IMG/VR virus record: IMGVR_UViG_3300046786_000068
Location: 1 to 27,189 of that record
Reading direction: 5' to 3' (one strand)
Source of the DNA: a virus
Taxonomy: Duplodnaviria; Caudoviricetes
Length of the DNA stretch: 27,189 bases
A program made the position numbers and the translations under genes. Below the pieces are notes generated by a model. That model ran no database searches. It worked only from the letters and a program-made list of their open reading frames with translations, and was not told where the DNA came from. Positions 17,345 to 26,429 of this stretch are shown here, piece after piece (positions within the stretch are counted from its first letter, which is position 1; every line of letters starts with the position of its first letter).

Positions 17345-18123
17345 TGTTTCGCACGCTCCCAGTATTTGGTGCTGACCTTAGAGGAATCTCTGAGGTTGTC
17401 CGTGGAATCATGGACGGAAAGACCAATAACACCGGAACGATCACTCTGGCAACAGGAAACGCCACGACCACAACGATTCAGGACTACCGTATCGGCGCGG
17501 ATAGCGTGATTATTCTCGTTCCTGCGTCTGAGGCGGCTTATGAGGATTCAGCTCCCTATGGGGCTTTTCAGGACTCCACCAACCAGACTGCGGCAAACAC
17601 GACAACTGCCTACCCGATGACGTTTAACACGACCGACTACTCCAATGGGGTGTCGGTGGTGAGTAACTCTCGAATGACTGTTAAGAGTTATGGGATTTAT
17701 AACCTTCAGTTCAGTGCTCAATTAGTAAACACAGACAGCTCAATCCACGACATGGATATTTGGTTCAGGAAAAACGGAACCAATGTGCCTGCGTCTAATA
17801 GTCGGTATTCTGTGCCCAATTCCCACGGTGGAGTGGATGGACACACGATTGCTGCTCTGAATTACTATATTGAACTTAATGCCAATGATTATGTAGAGAT
17901 CATGTGGGCAACGGATAACACGGCTGTGAGTATTCAACAGTTACCGACTAGAACAAGTCCAGACACTCCGTCAACCCCTTCTGTGATTGCGACAATGCAG
18001 TATGTTGCTCCGGCTGCATCTACAAATGTCTATGTAACCGCAAAGGGAAAAGGGACTGCAACCTTAACACATTATGCAAACAACACGGCTGACAAAACCT
18101 ATGCCTATATTGTTGTTGGCTAG
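17344..18123 (+). CDS. Tail-associated protein with a C1q/TNF-like beta-sandwich insert
   Basis: YGAFQD...FNTTD...GIYNLQFSAQ...L.ANDYVEI pattern; TAATG coupling. Confidence 0.75.
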   Translation: MFRTLPVFGADLRGISEVVRGIMDGKTNNTGTITLATGNATTTTIQDYRIGADSVIILVPASEAAYEDSAPYGAFQDSTNQTAANTTTAYPMTFNTTDYSNGVSVVSNSRMTVKSYGIYNLQFSAQLVNTDSSIHDMDIWFRKNGTNVPASNSRYSVPNSHGGVDGHTIAALNYYIELNANDYVEIMWATDNTAVSIQQLPTRTSPDTPSTPSVIATMQYVAPAASTNVYVTAKGKGTATLTHYANNTADKTYAYIVVG

Positions 18124-18159
18124 TATAATTGGCTCCGTGGATGACCCGTCACGGAGTCC
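18124..18159 (+). promoter_or_regulatory. TATAAT box plus inverted repeat upstream of the ejection genes
   Basis: TATAAT at 18124-18129; CTCCGTG-N10-CACGGAG at 18133-18156. Confidence 0.5.
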
Positions 18160-18177
18160 TTTCTAAAAGGAAACGCC

Positions 18178-19089
18178 ATGGCTACTGAAATATCAACATC
18201 CACGCAAACCACGCAGATTGATCCAACCATTCAGCCCTATTTGGGTTTTGGTTTGACCGAGGCTCAACGTCTATATCAGGCGGGTGGTCCTAAATATTAC
18301 GAAGGTCAGACTTATGTAAGTCCGTCTGCCACTACCAATCAAGCAATCCAAGCTCTCCAGCAGAGGGCATCGACTGGTAGTCCTTTGTTGACTCAGGCTC
18401 AAAATCAGACCTTGGGAACGATTCAAGGCGATTACCTTGGTGGAAATCCTTTCTTTCAAGGTGCGTTTCAACCTGCTGCACAAGCGGCTCGTCAGTCGTT
18501 TGAGAGTGCTCTAGGTGACATTGGGTCTAAAGCCTCTTTAGCGGGTCGGTATGGCTCTGGAGCGATGGGTAATCTGCAACAACAAGCCGCAGGTCAATTC
18601 GCTCAGAAACTGACGGATACTGCTGGACAACTTGCCTATCAGAACTACGCTCAAGAACGTGGTCGGCAACAAGCCGCTACGGCAATGGCTCCCGAGATGG
18701 CTCAAGCAGATTACGGAGACATTCAGCGTTTGTTGGCTGCTGGTCAACTGGGTGAGGGTTATCAAGGTCAAGCCTTGCAAGCTGATATTGCTCGATTCAA
18801 CTATGGTCAGCAACTACCCCAACAACAGCTAAACCAATATCTGAATCAGGTGTATGGTTTCCCTGCGGGTAAAACTACGACCACTCAGACTCCGTACTAC
18901 ACGAACCCCTTGGCGACTGGACTTGGAACAGGTTTGCTTGGTGTGAATCTGTTGAGTGGTGTGAACCGTCTGACAAATGGTGGTGTTTCTAATTGGCTGA
19001 GTGGATTTATGACTCCTTCAGGATGGGGGACTGGCGGTTTGCAAAATGCTGCTGGTGTGAATTTCCTGACTGGTGATAACTACGGTTAA
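18178..19089 (+). CDS. Probable DNA ejection/pilot protein 1
   Basis: Q/G/A-rich; NP.F, GRYGSG motifs; Gly-rich hydrophobic C-terminus; first of three genes after the nozzle. Confidence 0.7.
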   Translation: MATEISTSTQTTQIDPTIQPYLGFGLTEAQRLYQAGGPKYYEGQTYVSPSATTNQAIQALQQRASTGSPLLTQAQNQTLGTIQGDYLGGNPFFQGAFQPAAQAARQSFESALGDIGSKASLAGRYGSGAMGNLQQQAAGQFAQKLTDTAGQLAYQNYAQERGRQQAATAMAPEMAQADYGDIQRLLAAGQLGEGYQGQALQADIARFNYGQQLPQQQLNQYLNQVYGFPAGKTTTTQTPYYTNPLATGLGTGLLGVNLLSGVNRLTNGGVSNWLSGFMTPSGWGTGGLQNAAGVNFLTGDNYG

Positions 19090-19097
19090 GGACTGAC

Positions 19098-20414
19098 ATG
19101 GCACTACTAGACATTTTTGGCGAAACGCCTTCCTACTACGGTGGTCTTTTGGGCGATGAGGAATTGCGTAAAGCAAAAGATTACGCACAATCCCAAGGAC
19201 TTCAAAACGCTGCAATGGCACTCCTCCAGGCGGGTGCTCCGAGCCGCACTCCTGGTGGTGGTGCACTGGCTATCGCGCAGGGTCTTCAGATGGGTCAGCA
19301 GGCTTATAAACAAGCCATGAACGAATCTCTGAAAGATCGTCTGACTCAATTCCAAGTTCAAGACATGATGCAAAAACGTCTTGAAGACCAAGCAATGCGC
19401 CAGCAACAAGCCCAGGCACAGCGAATCCTACAATCTGCCTATCGTCCAGAGCAGGGCATGATTGGTCAAACGCCTTCAGAGGTTTTGCGCGATGAGGAAG
19501 GCAATCTGATGCCTGGTGCTAACGTGCGTCCGGCGGGGTTGGATTTGCAAGCCGCATTGCCTGCTCTGAGGTCTTTGGGTCCGGCAGGAATTAAGGCTTT
19601 GACCGATCAACTTGGCATTGAGAAAACTCTGGCTGAATTGGCTAAGTCTCAACGTCCTGAAGGATTTACTTTGGGCGAAGGTCAAGAAAGATACGAAGTT
19701 CAAAACGGTCAAATTGTCAAAGTTGCTGGAGCGCCAAAAGAAAAAGCAATTCAATGGCAAGACCTTGGAAATGTTGTTGTTGGCATCCGAGATGGTGTTG
19801 AGGTTGCAAGACTTCCTAAAGGCAGAGCGCCAGAGGGTCCGGTTTCTTTGCAAACTATCGAAACCGACCAGGGTGTTATGACCTTTAATCCTAAAACTGG
19901 TCAACTTACTCCTGTCATTCAAGACGGTAAACCAGTAATGGGTAAGGGCGCAAAACCGACTGAAGGTCAATTAAATGCCGCTGGTTTTGCTCAAAGGATG
20001 GTTGTTGCTAACGATTTGGTTGGTCAGCCTCAAATTGCAAAAGCGGCTCCTGGTGGAATGTCTGCTGCGGCTGGTTCTATTCCGTTTATTGGTGAATCTC
20101 TTAAAAACCTTACGCAGAAACCTGAAACGCAACAATACGCACAAGCCGCAAGAGATTGGATTCGTGCAAAGTTGCGTAAAGAATCAGGTGCTGCGATTGG
20201 TGCTCAAGAAGAAGAAAACGAATTCAGAACTTATTTCCCTGTGGTTGGAGATAGTCCTGCCGTACTTGCACAAAAAGCACAGGCTCGTAAATTGGCAACA
20301 GATGGAATGATCCAATCCGCTGGCAATGCTTTTAAAATGCCTGAATTGCCAAAACCCGCAGAAAAACCAATTCTTCGATGGAATCCACGAACCAACTCTT
20401 TTGAAGCGAGTTAA
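19098..20414 (+). CDS. Probable DNA ejection/internal virion protein 2
   Basis: MALLD...GGLLG N-terminus, Q-rich helices, LRKESGAAI motif; SD TAAGGA. Confidence 0.7.
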   Translation: MALLDIFGETPSYYGGLLGDEELRKAKDYAQSQGLQNAAMALLQAGAPSRTPGGGALAIAQGLQMGQQAYKQAMNESLKDRLTQFQVQDMMQKRLEDQAMRQQQAQAQRILQSAYRPEQGMIGQTPSEVLRDEEGNLMPGANVRPAGLDLQAALPALRSLGPAGIKALTDQLGIEKTLAELAKSQRPEGFTLGEGQERYEVQNGQIVKVAGAPKEKAIQWQDLGNVVVGIRDGVEVARLPKGRAPEGPVSLQTIETDQGVMTFNPKTGQLTPVIQDGKPVMGKGAKPTEGQLNAAGFAQRMVVANDLVGQPQIAKAAPGGMSAAAGSIPFIGESLKNLTQKPETQQYAQAARDWIRAKLRKESGAAIGAQEEENEFRTYFPVVGDSPAVLAQKAQARKLATDGMIQSAGNAFKMPELPKPAEKPILRWNPRTNSFEAS

Positions 20415-20416
20415 AA

Positions 20417-22279
20417 ATGGCTCAACAGGTTGAAATCATTGGTTTGGGGATTGTTGAATTCCCTGATGGGATGAGCAAAGATGAGATTGCTCAAGCTCTG
20501 AAAAAACTACCAGGACAAGGTGAGCCTGCGCCGATTGACAAAGAGCAGATGCGTAAAGAGTTGTTTACGCCTCCTAAAGACATTGGCATGGTTCCTGGCA
20601 ACTTGTCAGACTTGCCCCGTCAACTGGGTTTGACTGCTCGCGCTGCGATTACTGGTGCGACTGCACTTCCGGCGATTGGTGCTGATGCTCTTACCGGACT
20701 GATTAACCTGATTGCTGGTAAACAAGTCATGCAACCAAGCTCTCAGGCTTTGCAAAGTCTGATGACGCAAGCTGGAGTGCCTGAACCCAAGACTGCACAA
20801 GAGCGTGTGGTTCAAGACATTGGTGGCGCGATGGCTGGTGTATCTGGTCCTGGTCTGCTGTCTAGCAAGATGGGGCCAATGGCTAAAGAGTTCTTTATGG
20901 CAAGTCCTCAAGCCCAAGCCACTGCTGCTGTTGGTGGTGCATTGGGTGGTGGTACTGCAAGAGAATCTGACCTTGGACCTGTTGGTCAGACATTAGCCGC
21001 AATTACAGGCTCTATCGCCCCAGGTGGTGCTACGGCTGCACAAGCACTCGGACGAGGCGCCAAAGAGGCTGTAAGACCCTTTACTGAGGCTGGCAGAGAG
21101 GTTATCACTGGTAACGTGCTTCGTTCTCTTGCGCGTGATCCTGAAGCGGCTATTAAGGCTGCTGAGTCTTATCAAGCCAGGGTTCCTGGTTATCAACCTA
21201 CGACCTCTCAAGCGACCCGTGATCTTGGTCTGATTTCTGCTGAGACTCCGATTCGCTCAATGGCGTCTATGGGTCAGTTTGAAGCCCAAGCGTCTGCTGC
21301 AAACCAGGCTCGATTGAAAATCCTTGACCAAATGGCAAAGGACAAAACGGCTCTCGAAGGCGCAATTAAGAAGCGTGACGAGGTTACTACTCCTTTGCGC
21401 GAGCAGGCTTTCTCCAATCCTGTTGACGAAACTGCATTTAACACTGCGGTTTATGAGAATGTCATCGGAAAGATTGATGCGATTTCTGCCTCTGATGTTG
21501 GGGCAAGAAATACCGTTAAAAAGGCAATGAACTTTGCTCGTCAGACTGTTGAAGGTGGATTGGGTTCACCGACTCGTCTGTATGAGGCTCGGAAAGATTT
21601 GAGGGACGCTGCACAGGGTCTTTTGGATAAAGAAGGGTCAGCATACAGTCTTGCCAAAAAACAGCTTGAAGAAGTGATTAGGGCTGTTGACGATGCGATT
21701 GAGTCTGGTGCTCCTGGATATAAAGACTATCTCCAGAAATACGCCACCTCTAGCCGTGGAATTGAGCGTTTGGAAGCCGCACAAGAGTTCAGGGGCAAGA
21801 TTCTCTCAACGACTCCCGATCCTTCTCGCATTGGTGACTTCTTGATCTCTCAGCCTGCGTTTACTCGCGCAATTCGTGCTGCTGAGAAAGACACTGACCT
21901 GTCTAAAACTCAACTCGCCGTTTTGAAGCGAGTGGCTGAAGATTTGGACTCTGGTGTTTTGAATCGTGCTGGTAAGGTTCCTGGCTCGGATACTTTCAAG
22001 AATCTGAGTACAGCAAACATCATCGGTGGGGTGATTGGTAAGCAGATGTTTGGCGAAGTCCCTGCCGCTGTGAACAAGACTGTTGCGCCTCTTAACTGGT
22101 TGTATAACGGCACAGACGATCAGATTCGAGAGTTGCTTGTGAGTGCAATGCTTGATCCAAAACTCGCTGCTGATTTGATGAAGAAGGCTAACGTAATGAC
22201 TGTGGAGCCTTTGAGTCAAGCATTGAAAAAGAAAGCAATCGCCGCTGGTTATGGCGCATCCTTTGGTTTAACGGAGTAA
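20417..22279 (+). CDS. Probable DNA ejection/internal virion protein 3
   Basis: VEFPDGMS N-terminus, Gly/Ala-rich membrane-like stretches, helical body, AMLDP..AA.L C-terminus. Confidence 0.7.
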   Translation: MAQQVEIIGLGIVEFPDGMSKDEIAQALKKLPGQGEPAPIDKEQMRKELFTPPKDIGMVPGNLSDLPRQLGLTARAAITGATALPAIGADALTGLINLIAGKQVMQPSSQALQSLMTQAGVPEPKTAQERVVQDIGGAMAGVSGPGLLSSKMGPMAKEFFMASPQAQATAAVGGALGGGTARESDLGPVGQTLAAITGSIAPGGATAAQALGRGAKEAVRPFTEAGREVITGNVLRSLARDPEAAIKAAESYQARVPGYQPTTSQATRDLGLISAETPIRSMASMGQFEAQASAANQARLKILDQMAKDKTALEGAIKKRDEVTTPLREQAFSNPVDETAFNTAVYENVIGKIDAISASDVGARNTVKKAMNFARQTVEGGLGSPTRLYEARKDLRDAAQGLLDKEGSAYSLAKKQLEEVIRAVDDAIESGAPGYKDYLQKYATSSRGIERLEAAQEFRGKILSTTPDPSRIGDFLISQPAFTRAIRAAEKDTDLSKTQLAVLKRVAEDLDSGVLNRAGKVPGSDTFKNLSTANIIGGVIGKQMFGEVPAAVNKTVAPLNWLYNGTDDQIRELLVSAMLDPKLAADLMKKANVMTVEPLSQALKKKAIAAGYGASFGLTE

Positions 22280-22283
22280 GACA

Positions 22284-23990
22284 ATGGCAAAAGTAAAAAT
22301 CTCAGAGTTCAGCACTACCGCTGGAAACAATACTGACATTAACTCAATCAACATTGCGGAAGGCTGTGCGCCCAGTGGTATCAACGATGCCATTCGCGAA
22401 TTGATGCGTCAGTTAAAAGAATTCCAAACTGGAGGTGCTGGTGACTCGGTGAACTCTGGAGGGGATTTCTCTGTTGCTACCAACAAATTCACAGTCGCGT
22501 CTGCCTCTGGTAATACGTCTGTCGCAGGGACTTTGGGAGTTACTGGCACAACGACTCTGACGGGTGCTTTGGTTGCAAACGGAAACGCCACTCTTGGTGA
22601 CGCTTCTGGGGATACGGTAACGATCAAGGGCACTCCTACCCTGGAAGTGAATCCTACGCTCTCCGGCGGCACTGCTAACGGTGTACTGTACTTAAACGGC
22701 TCTAAAGTTGCTACCAGTGGGTCTGCGCTTACGTTTGATGGCACTTACTTCACAGTTGGAGCATCTGCAACAACTGGAGATTACAAAACATTTATCCAGA
22801 AAGCTGGTGGAGAACTTCTTGGCTTAAATGCAAGTTCAGGAACACTAACACGAATTGCTTTCGGTAATGCAACTGCCAGTTTTGGAAGCACTCAAATTAT
22901 TGCCAATGCTTCTGATCTTGCATTTATTACAAATTCAGCCGAACAAATGCGCGTGACCAGCACTGGCTTAGGCGTGGGTACAAGTTCGCCTGGGGAGAAA
23001 CTCTCTGTAGCTGGTAATGCATCATTGTCGGCGGCGCAGCCGTATATTTCTTTGATTGACTCCGTTTGGGGTGCTGGGACTGTTATTCGTTCAGGCGTCA
23101 ATACGCTCGGTACAGCAACTGGCAATTATCAACTGTTCAATGTGCCAACAGGTAAAGGGTTCGCATTTTCTCAAAACAATGCAACTTCGTTGGCTGTCCT
23201 TGACTCCTCCGGCAACCTGGGACTGGGAGTTACGCCGAGTGCTTGGAATAGTGACTATAAAGTCGAGCAGTTTGGAGCTACTGGATTTTTGTATGGTCGC
23301 AGTGGTGGCGAAGTTGCGTTTGGCACTAACTGGTATCGTGACAGCGGCGGGACGTTCCGCTATCTCACCTCTGCCGCAGCCTCGTATCAAGCGCAAGCGT
23401 CAGGCATTCATTACTGGTTCACCGCAGCCTCCGGCACAGCAGATACCGCCATAACGTTCATTCAAGCAATGACGCTTGATGCTAGTGGTAATTTGTTGGT
23501 TGGGACTACGGGCAGCAACGGATATAGAGGGGACTTTTTAGGCACGACAACGTGGGGCGGGCTAAATGTAACAGGAAATTCTTCTGGTTCATATTACACG
23601 ATGAACATAGATGAGTTAGGTAGTGGAACACAGATAACAGTCCGTATAAATCGTTCAGGAACACAGGTTGGGAGTATTTCAACTTCAGCCTCTGCAACTG
23701 CCTACAACACTTCTTCCGACTATCGCCTCAAAGACAATCCGCAGCCTTTGACTGGTTCAGGTGCATTTATTGATGCACTCAAGCCTAAGACTTGGAACTG
23801 GAAAGCCGATGGTTCTAAAGGTGTTGGTTTTATTGCTCACGAAGTGCAGGAAGTTTCTCCTGGTTCCGTAGTTGGTGAAAAAGACGGTGAACAAATGCAA
23901 GCAATGGAATACGGTTCTGCTGAGTTCATTGCCAACATCATTGCAGAACTACAATCCCTCCGCGCCCGTGTGGCAACTCTCGAATCTTGA
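22284..23990 (+). CDS. Tail fibre with C-terminal S74 intramolecular chaperone
   Basis: SGNLGLG/SGNLLVG fibre repeats; YNTSSDYRLK cleavage motif, GFIAHEVQEV and terminal coiled coil. Confidence 0.93.
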   Translation: MAKVKISEFSTTAGNNTDINSINIAEGCAPSGINDAIRELMRQLKEFQTGGAGDSVNSGGDFSVATNKFTVASASGNTSVAGTLGVTGTTTLTGALVANGNATLGDASGDTVTIKGTPTLEVNPTLSGGTANGVLYLNGSKVATSGSALTFDGTYFTVGASATTGDYKTFIQKAGGELLGLNASSGTLTRIAFGNATASFGSTQIIANASDLAFITNSAEQMRVTSTGLGVGTSSPGEKLSVAGNASLSAAQPYISLIDSVWGAGTVIRSGVNTLGTATGNYQLFNVPTGKGFAFSQNNATSLAVLDSSGNLGLGVTPSAWNSDYKVEQFGATGFLYGRSGGEVAFGTNWYRDSGGTFRYLTSAAASYQAQASGIHYWFTAASGTADTAITFIQAMTLDASGNLLVGTTGSNGYRGDFLGTTTWGGLNVTGNSSGSYYTMNIDELGSGTQITVRINRSGTQVGSISTSASATAYNTSSDYRLKDNPQPLTGSGAFIDALKPKTWNWKADGSKGVGFIAHEVQEVSPGSVVGEKDGEQMQAMEYGSAEFIANIIAELQSLRARVATLES

Positions 23991-24001
23991 AAGGAAACAT
24001 C

Positions 24002-24289
24002 ATGACTACATTTGTATGGACTGTTAACCCGATGCAACGCAACCTCTCCAATAATTTCGTAACTGTCGCGCACTGGCAATGCGTTGGCACTGACGGAGAA
24101 TATTCCGACTCTGTTTACTCGACTGCATCGTGGACTGGTGAGCCTACCGTTCCTTATGACCAACTTACCGAAGCTCAAGTTCTGGCATGGATTTGGGAAT
24201 CTGTTGACAAAGCCGCAACCGAGGCTGCTGTGCAAGCCAAGATTGATCTACTCAAGAATCCTGTGACTGCTCAAGGTGTGCCGTGGTAA
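24002..24289 (+). CDS. Small tail-fibre-associated protein
   Basis: ATG 24002 after AAAGGA; PYDQLTE.QVL.W and terminal GVPW; position after the fibre. Confidence 0.78.
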   Translation: MTTFVWTVNPMQRNLSNNFVTVAHWQCVGTDGEYSDSVYSTASWTGEPTVPYDQLTEAQVLAWIWESVDKAATEAAVQAKIDLLKNPVTAQGVPW

Positions 24290-24453
24290 GTAACGTGGAG
24301 GCTCGTTTAGACACGCATGAGCAAGTCTGTACGCATCGTTACGAACAGATCAATGCTCGTTTGAAGCGTATTGAGAACATCATGATTAAGGTCGCAGGGG
24401 TAATGCTCTGCGGCATGGCTGGTGTTATCTGGGCGTCAATCTCTAAGGTTTGA
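24283..24453 (+). CDS. 56-aa coiled-coil plus C-terminal TM protein (XhlA-like; absent from the ORF track)
   Basis: Hand translation MVSNVEARLDTHEQVCTHRYEQINARLKRIENIMIKVAGVMLCGMAGVIWASISKV; fills the gap exactly. Confidence 0.75.
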   Translation: MVSNVEARLDTHEQVCTHRYEQINARLKRIENIMIKVAGVMLCGMAGVIWASISKV

Positions 24454-24457
24454 ATGA

Positions 24458-25153
24458 GTGGACCCGATAACCCTCATGATGATGGCATCCAGTGCGGTGT
24501 CAGCAGTCAAGAAGGGTTGTCAACTCTATAAAGACATAAAGAGCGCAGCGGGTGATGTGTCATCAGTTCTTAAAGACATTGACAAACAATTCGCTGGAAG
24601 GAAAGTCTCCAAGGAGCAAGCTGAAAAGATCGCAGAGAAAAAAGCAGAATTCAGGGAAGCGGCTACAACCGACCCGAATAACGTGATCTCTCGAATCGGC
24701 AACCAACTTGGTGACTTCTTTGACGCTTTTGACAAGATCGAGCAACTTTTCTATGAAGAAGAAAAACAAGCTCATCAGGTCTACGAAGGAGAGGATTCAG
24801 TCAGCAAAAGAGCACTTCAAAGAGTTTTGATTCGTTCTCGACTACAAATGATGGAGACTGAAATGCGAGAGATCATGATTTATCAATCGCCTCCAGAGTT
24901 GAAAGATTTGTGGTCAAGATTTGAGGTTATGAGAGCGCAGATCGGTCAGGAACAAAAAAGAGCCTGGGAGAAACTGAGGATCGAAAGACAAAAAGAAGCC
25001 GCTGAACAAAAGAAAGAGCGAGACTTTTACTGGGGAATTGGAGCATGGCTGATTTGCGGAACAATCGTATGGCTGTACCTAATGCTCCTCCTTTGGGCAA
25101 TCGCTCGACACAGAGACGGTACGTTCTCTCTATGGTGGGTAACGTCATCCTGA
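24458..25153 (+). CDS. Coiled-coil membrane protein of unknown function
   Basis: MDPIT N-terminus, charged helices, C-terminal TM segment. Confidence 0.8.
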   Translation: MDPITLMMMASSAVSAVKKGCQLYKDIKSAAGDVSSVLKDIDKQFAGRKVSKEQAEKIAEKKAEFREAATTDPNNVISRIGNQLGDFFDAFDKIEQLFYEEEKQAHQVYEGEDSVSKRALQRVLIRSRLQMMETEMREIMIYQSPPELKDLWSRFEVMRAQIGQEQKRAWEKLRIERQKEAAEQKKERDFYWGIGAWLICGTIVWLYLMLLLWAIARHRDGTFSLWWVTSS

Positions 25154-25290
25154 TGTTTGCTTTGCTGATGTGTTTGACTTTTGGAGGGTTTCTGTTCATG
25201 GACTATAAGATCGAAGAAGCCAGGGCGAGGAAGATGGATAAACGAGTAGTTGAACTTAGAAAACAGTTTGACCAAGGTTGCGAAAAATGA
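25132..25290 (+). CDS. Small N-terminal-TM protein
   Basis: MVGNVILMFALLMCLTFGGFLFM then a charged helix; ATGA coupling to the lipoprotein gene. Start uncertain (track 25045). Confidence 0.55.
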   Translation: MVGNVILMFALLMCLTFGGFLFMDYKIEEARARKMDKRVVELRKQFDQGCEK

Positions 25291-25490
25291 GGTGGTTGCT
25301 TCTTCTAATCCTCTTGTCTGGTTGCGAAGATCGCTATCGGTACAAGTGCCAAAACCCTGATTACTTTCAAAGCGCAGACTGTCAGCGTCCTAAGTGTCTG
25401 TTCACTCAACAGTGTTCGGATTATCTTGTAGCCCCTATCCTGGAGAAACAAGTTGTACAACAACAAAATCAACCGCCTTCTGACAAGTGA
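25287..25490 (+). CDS. Cys-rich lipoprotein
   Basis: MRWLLLLILLSG-C lipobox plus four further Cys residues. Confidence 0.8.
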   Translation: MRWLLLLILLSGCEDRYRYKCQNPDYFQSADCQRPKCLFTQQCSDYLVAPILEKQVVQQQNQPPSDK

Positions 25491-25941
25491 AGAAATCGAA
25501 GTTAGAGTTTGGGCTATCGTTGTCATCATTGTCACCGTGATCCTCGCGGGCATCGTGGGGTTCATGCTTTACTCGGTGACGTTCGTTACCCAACCGATCA
25601 AGAGCATGGCTCCGATCGACCAAGCCTACACAAAGATGTTGAACGACATTGTTCTGCTCATTGTGGGTGGTATCGGTGGCGTGATGACCAGAAAAGGCGT
25701 CCAAGCTGTGAGTGACAAACTGCACTCTAACCAGACTCCACCGACAACGCCTACTCCATCAGCTCCAGCGGCTCCAGTGGCAAGTTCTTCATTGCCTAAC
25801 TTCAACTGGATGGGAATCACGAATCCCGCACTAGACGAAGAATGGCGTCCTCCTCCACCTCCCACGACTCCCCCTGATTACGTTGATCCTGCCAAAGAGG
25901 AAATCGCCGTAGAAAGAGCCGCTGCGAGGTCTGAGGCATGA
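25453..25941 (+). CDS. Two-TM membrane protein with Pro-rich tail; holin candidate
   Basis: TM1 VWAIVVIIVTVILAGIVGFMLYSV, TM2 IVLLIVGGIGGVM; TTG start uncertain. Confidence 0.7.
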   Translation: MYNNKINRLLTSEEIEVRVWAIVVIIVTVILAGIVGFMLYSVTFVTQPIKSMAPIDQAYTKMLNDIVLLIVGGIGGVMTRKGVQAVSDKLHSNQTPPTTPTPSAPAAPVASSSLPNFNWMGITNPALDEEWRPPPPPTTPPDYVDPAKEEIAVERAAARSEA

Positions 25942-26429
25942 AACCTAACCCTTGGATCATCCTCGCGGTTTTAATCGCTCTGGGGTCGTTTTATGGCTAC
26001 GGACACCACAAAGGTTGGACACAGCGCGATCAAGAGATGCAAGTAGAGATCGCCAAGAAAAACAACGAAGCAAGAAAAACCGAGCAGGAAATGACTCAGA
26101 AACTTGCAGAAACTTCTAACGCTCTAACGGAGGCAAACAATGTTGTCACTAAAAAACAAACTGCTCTTGACGCTGCTATTCGTGCTGGCAGGGTGCGGCT
26201 CCCGACCCCAAGTTGTGTATCAACCCCCCAAAGTGCCCCCACTCCCGCCGGGAATACAGAAACAAGAAGTGAACCTGACCGACCGACTAACGAAACTTCT
26301 GATGCCGACAGAGCAACCCTCGCAGCCATCGCAGAAATAGTCGCTCAAGGTGACAGGAATACCGCGCAATTAAATGCTTGCGTGGATGCTTACACGAAGG
26401 TTATGGAGAGCATAAATGGTCAACGCTAA
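25938..26429 (+). CDS. Rz: Inner-membrane spanin (Rz-like)
   Basis: N-terminal TM, coiled coil, AGRVRL and QLNAC motifs; contains an embedded lipoprotein gene. Confidence 0.85.
   Translation: MKPNPWIILAVLIALGSFYGYGHHKGWTQRDQEMQVEIAKKNNEARKTEQEMTQKLAETSNALTEANNVVTKKQTALDAAIRAGRVRLPTPSCVSTPQSAPTPAGNTETRSEPDRPTNETSDADRATLAAIAEIVAQGDRNTAQLNACVDAYTKVMESINGQR
26140..26340 (+). CDS. Rz1: Outer-membrane spanin (Rz1-like lipoprotein), embedded in +1 frame
   Basis: SD GGAGG at about 26129; signal peptide with LAG-C lipobox; Pro-rich QPPKVPPLPP. Confidence 0.88.
   Translation: MLSLKNKLLLTLLFVLAGCGSRPQVVYQPPKVPPLPPGIQKQEVNLTDRLTKLLMPTEQPSQPSQK

Noticed and set aside
22284-23990. Diversity-generating retroelement or invertible tail-fibre cassette
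   Set aside because: No reverse transcriptase, invertase or template/variable repeat pair was seen in the window.
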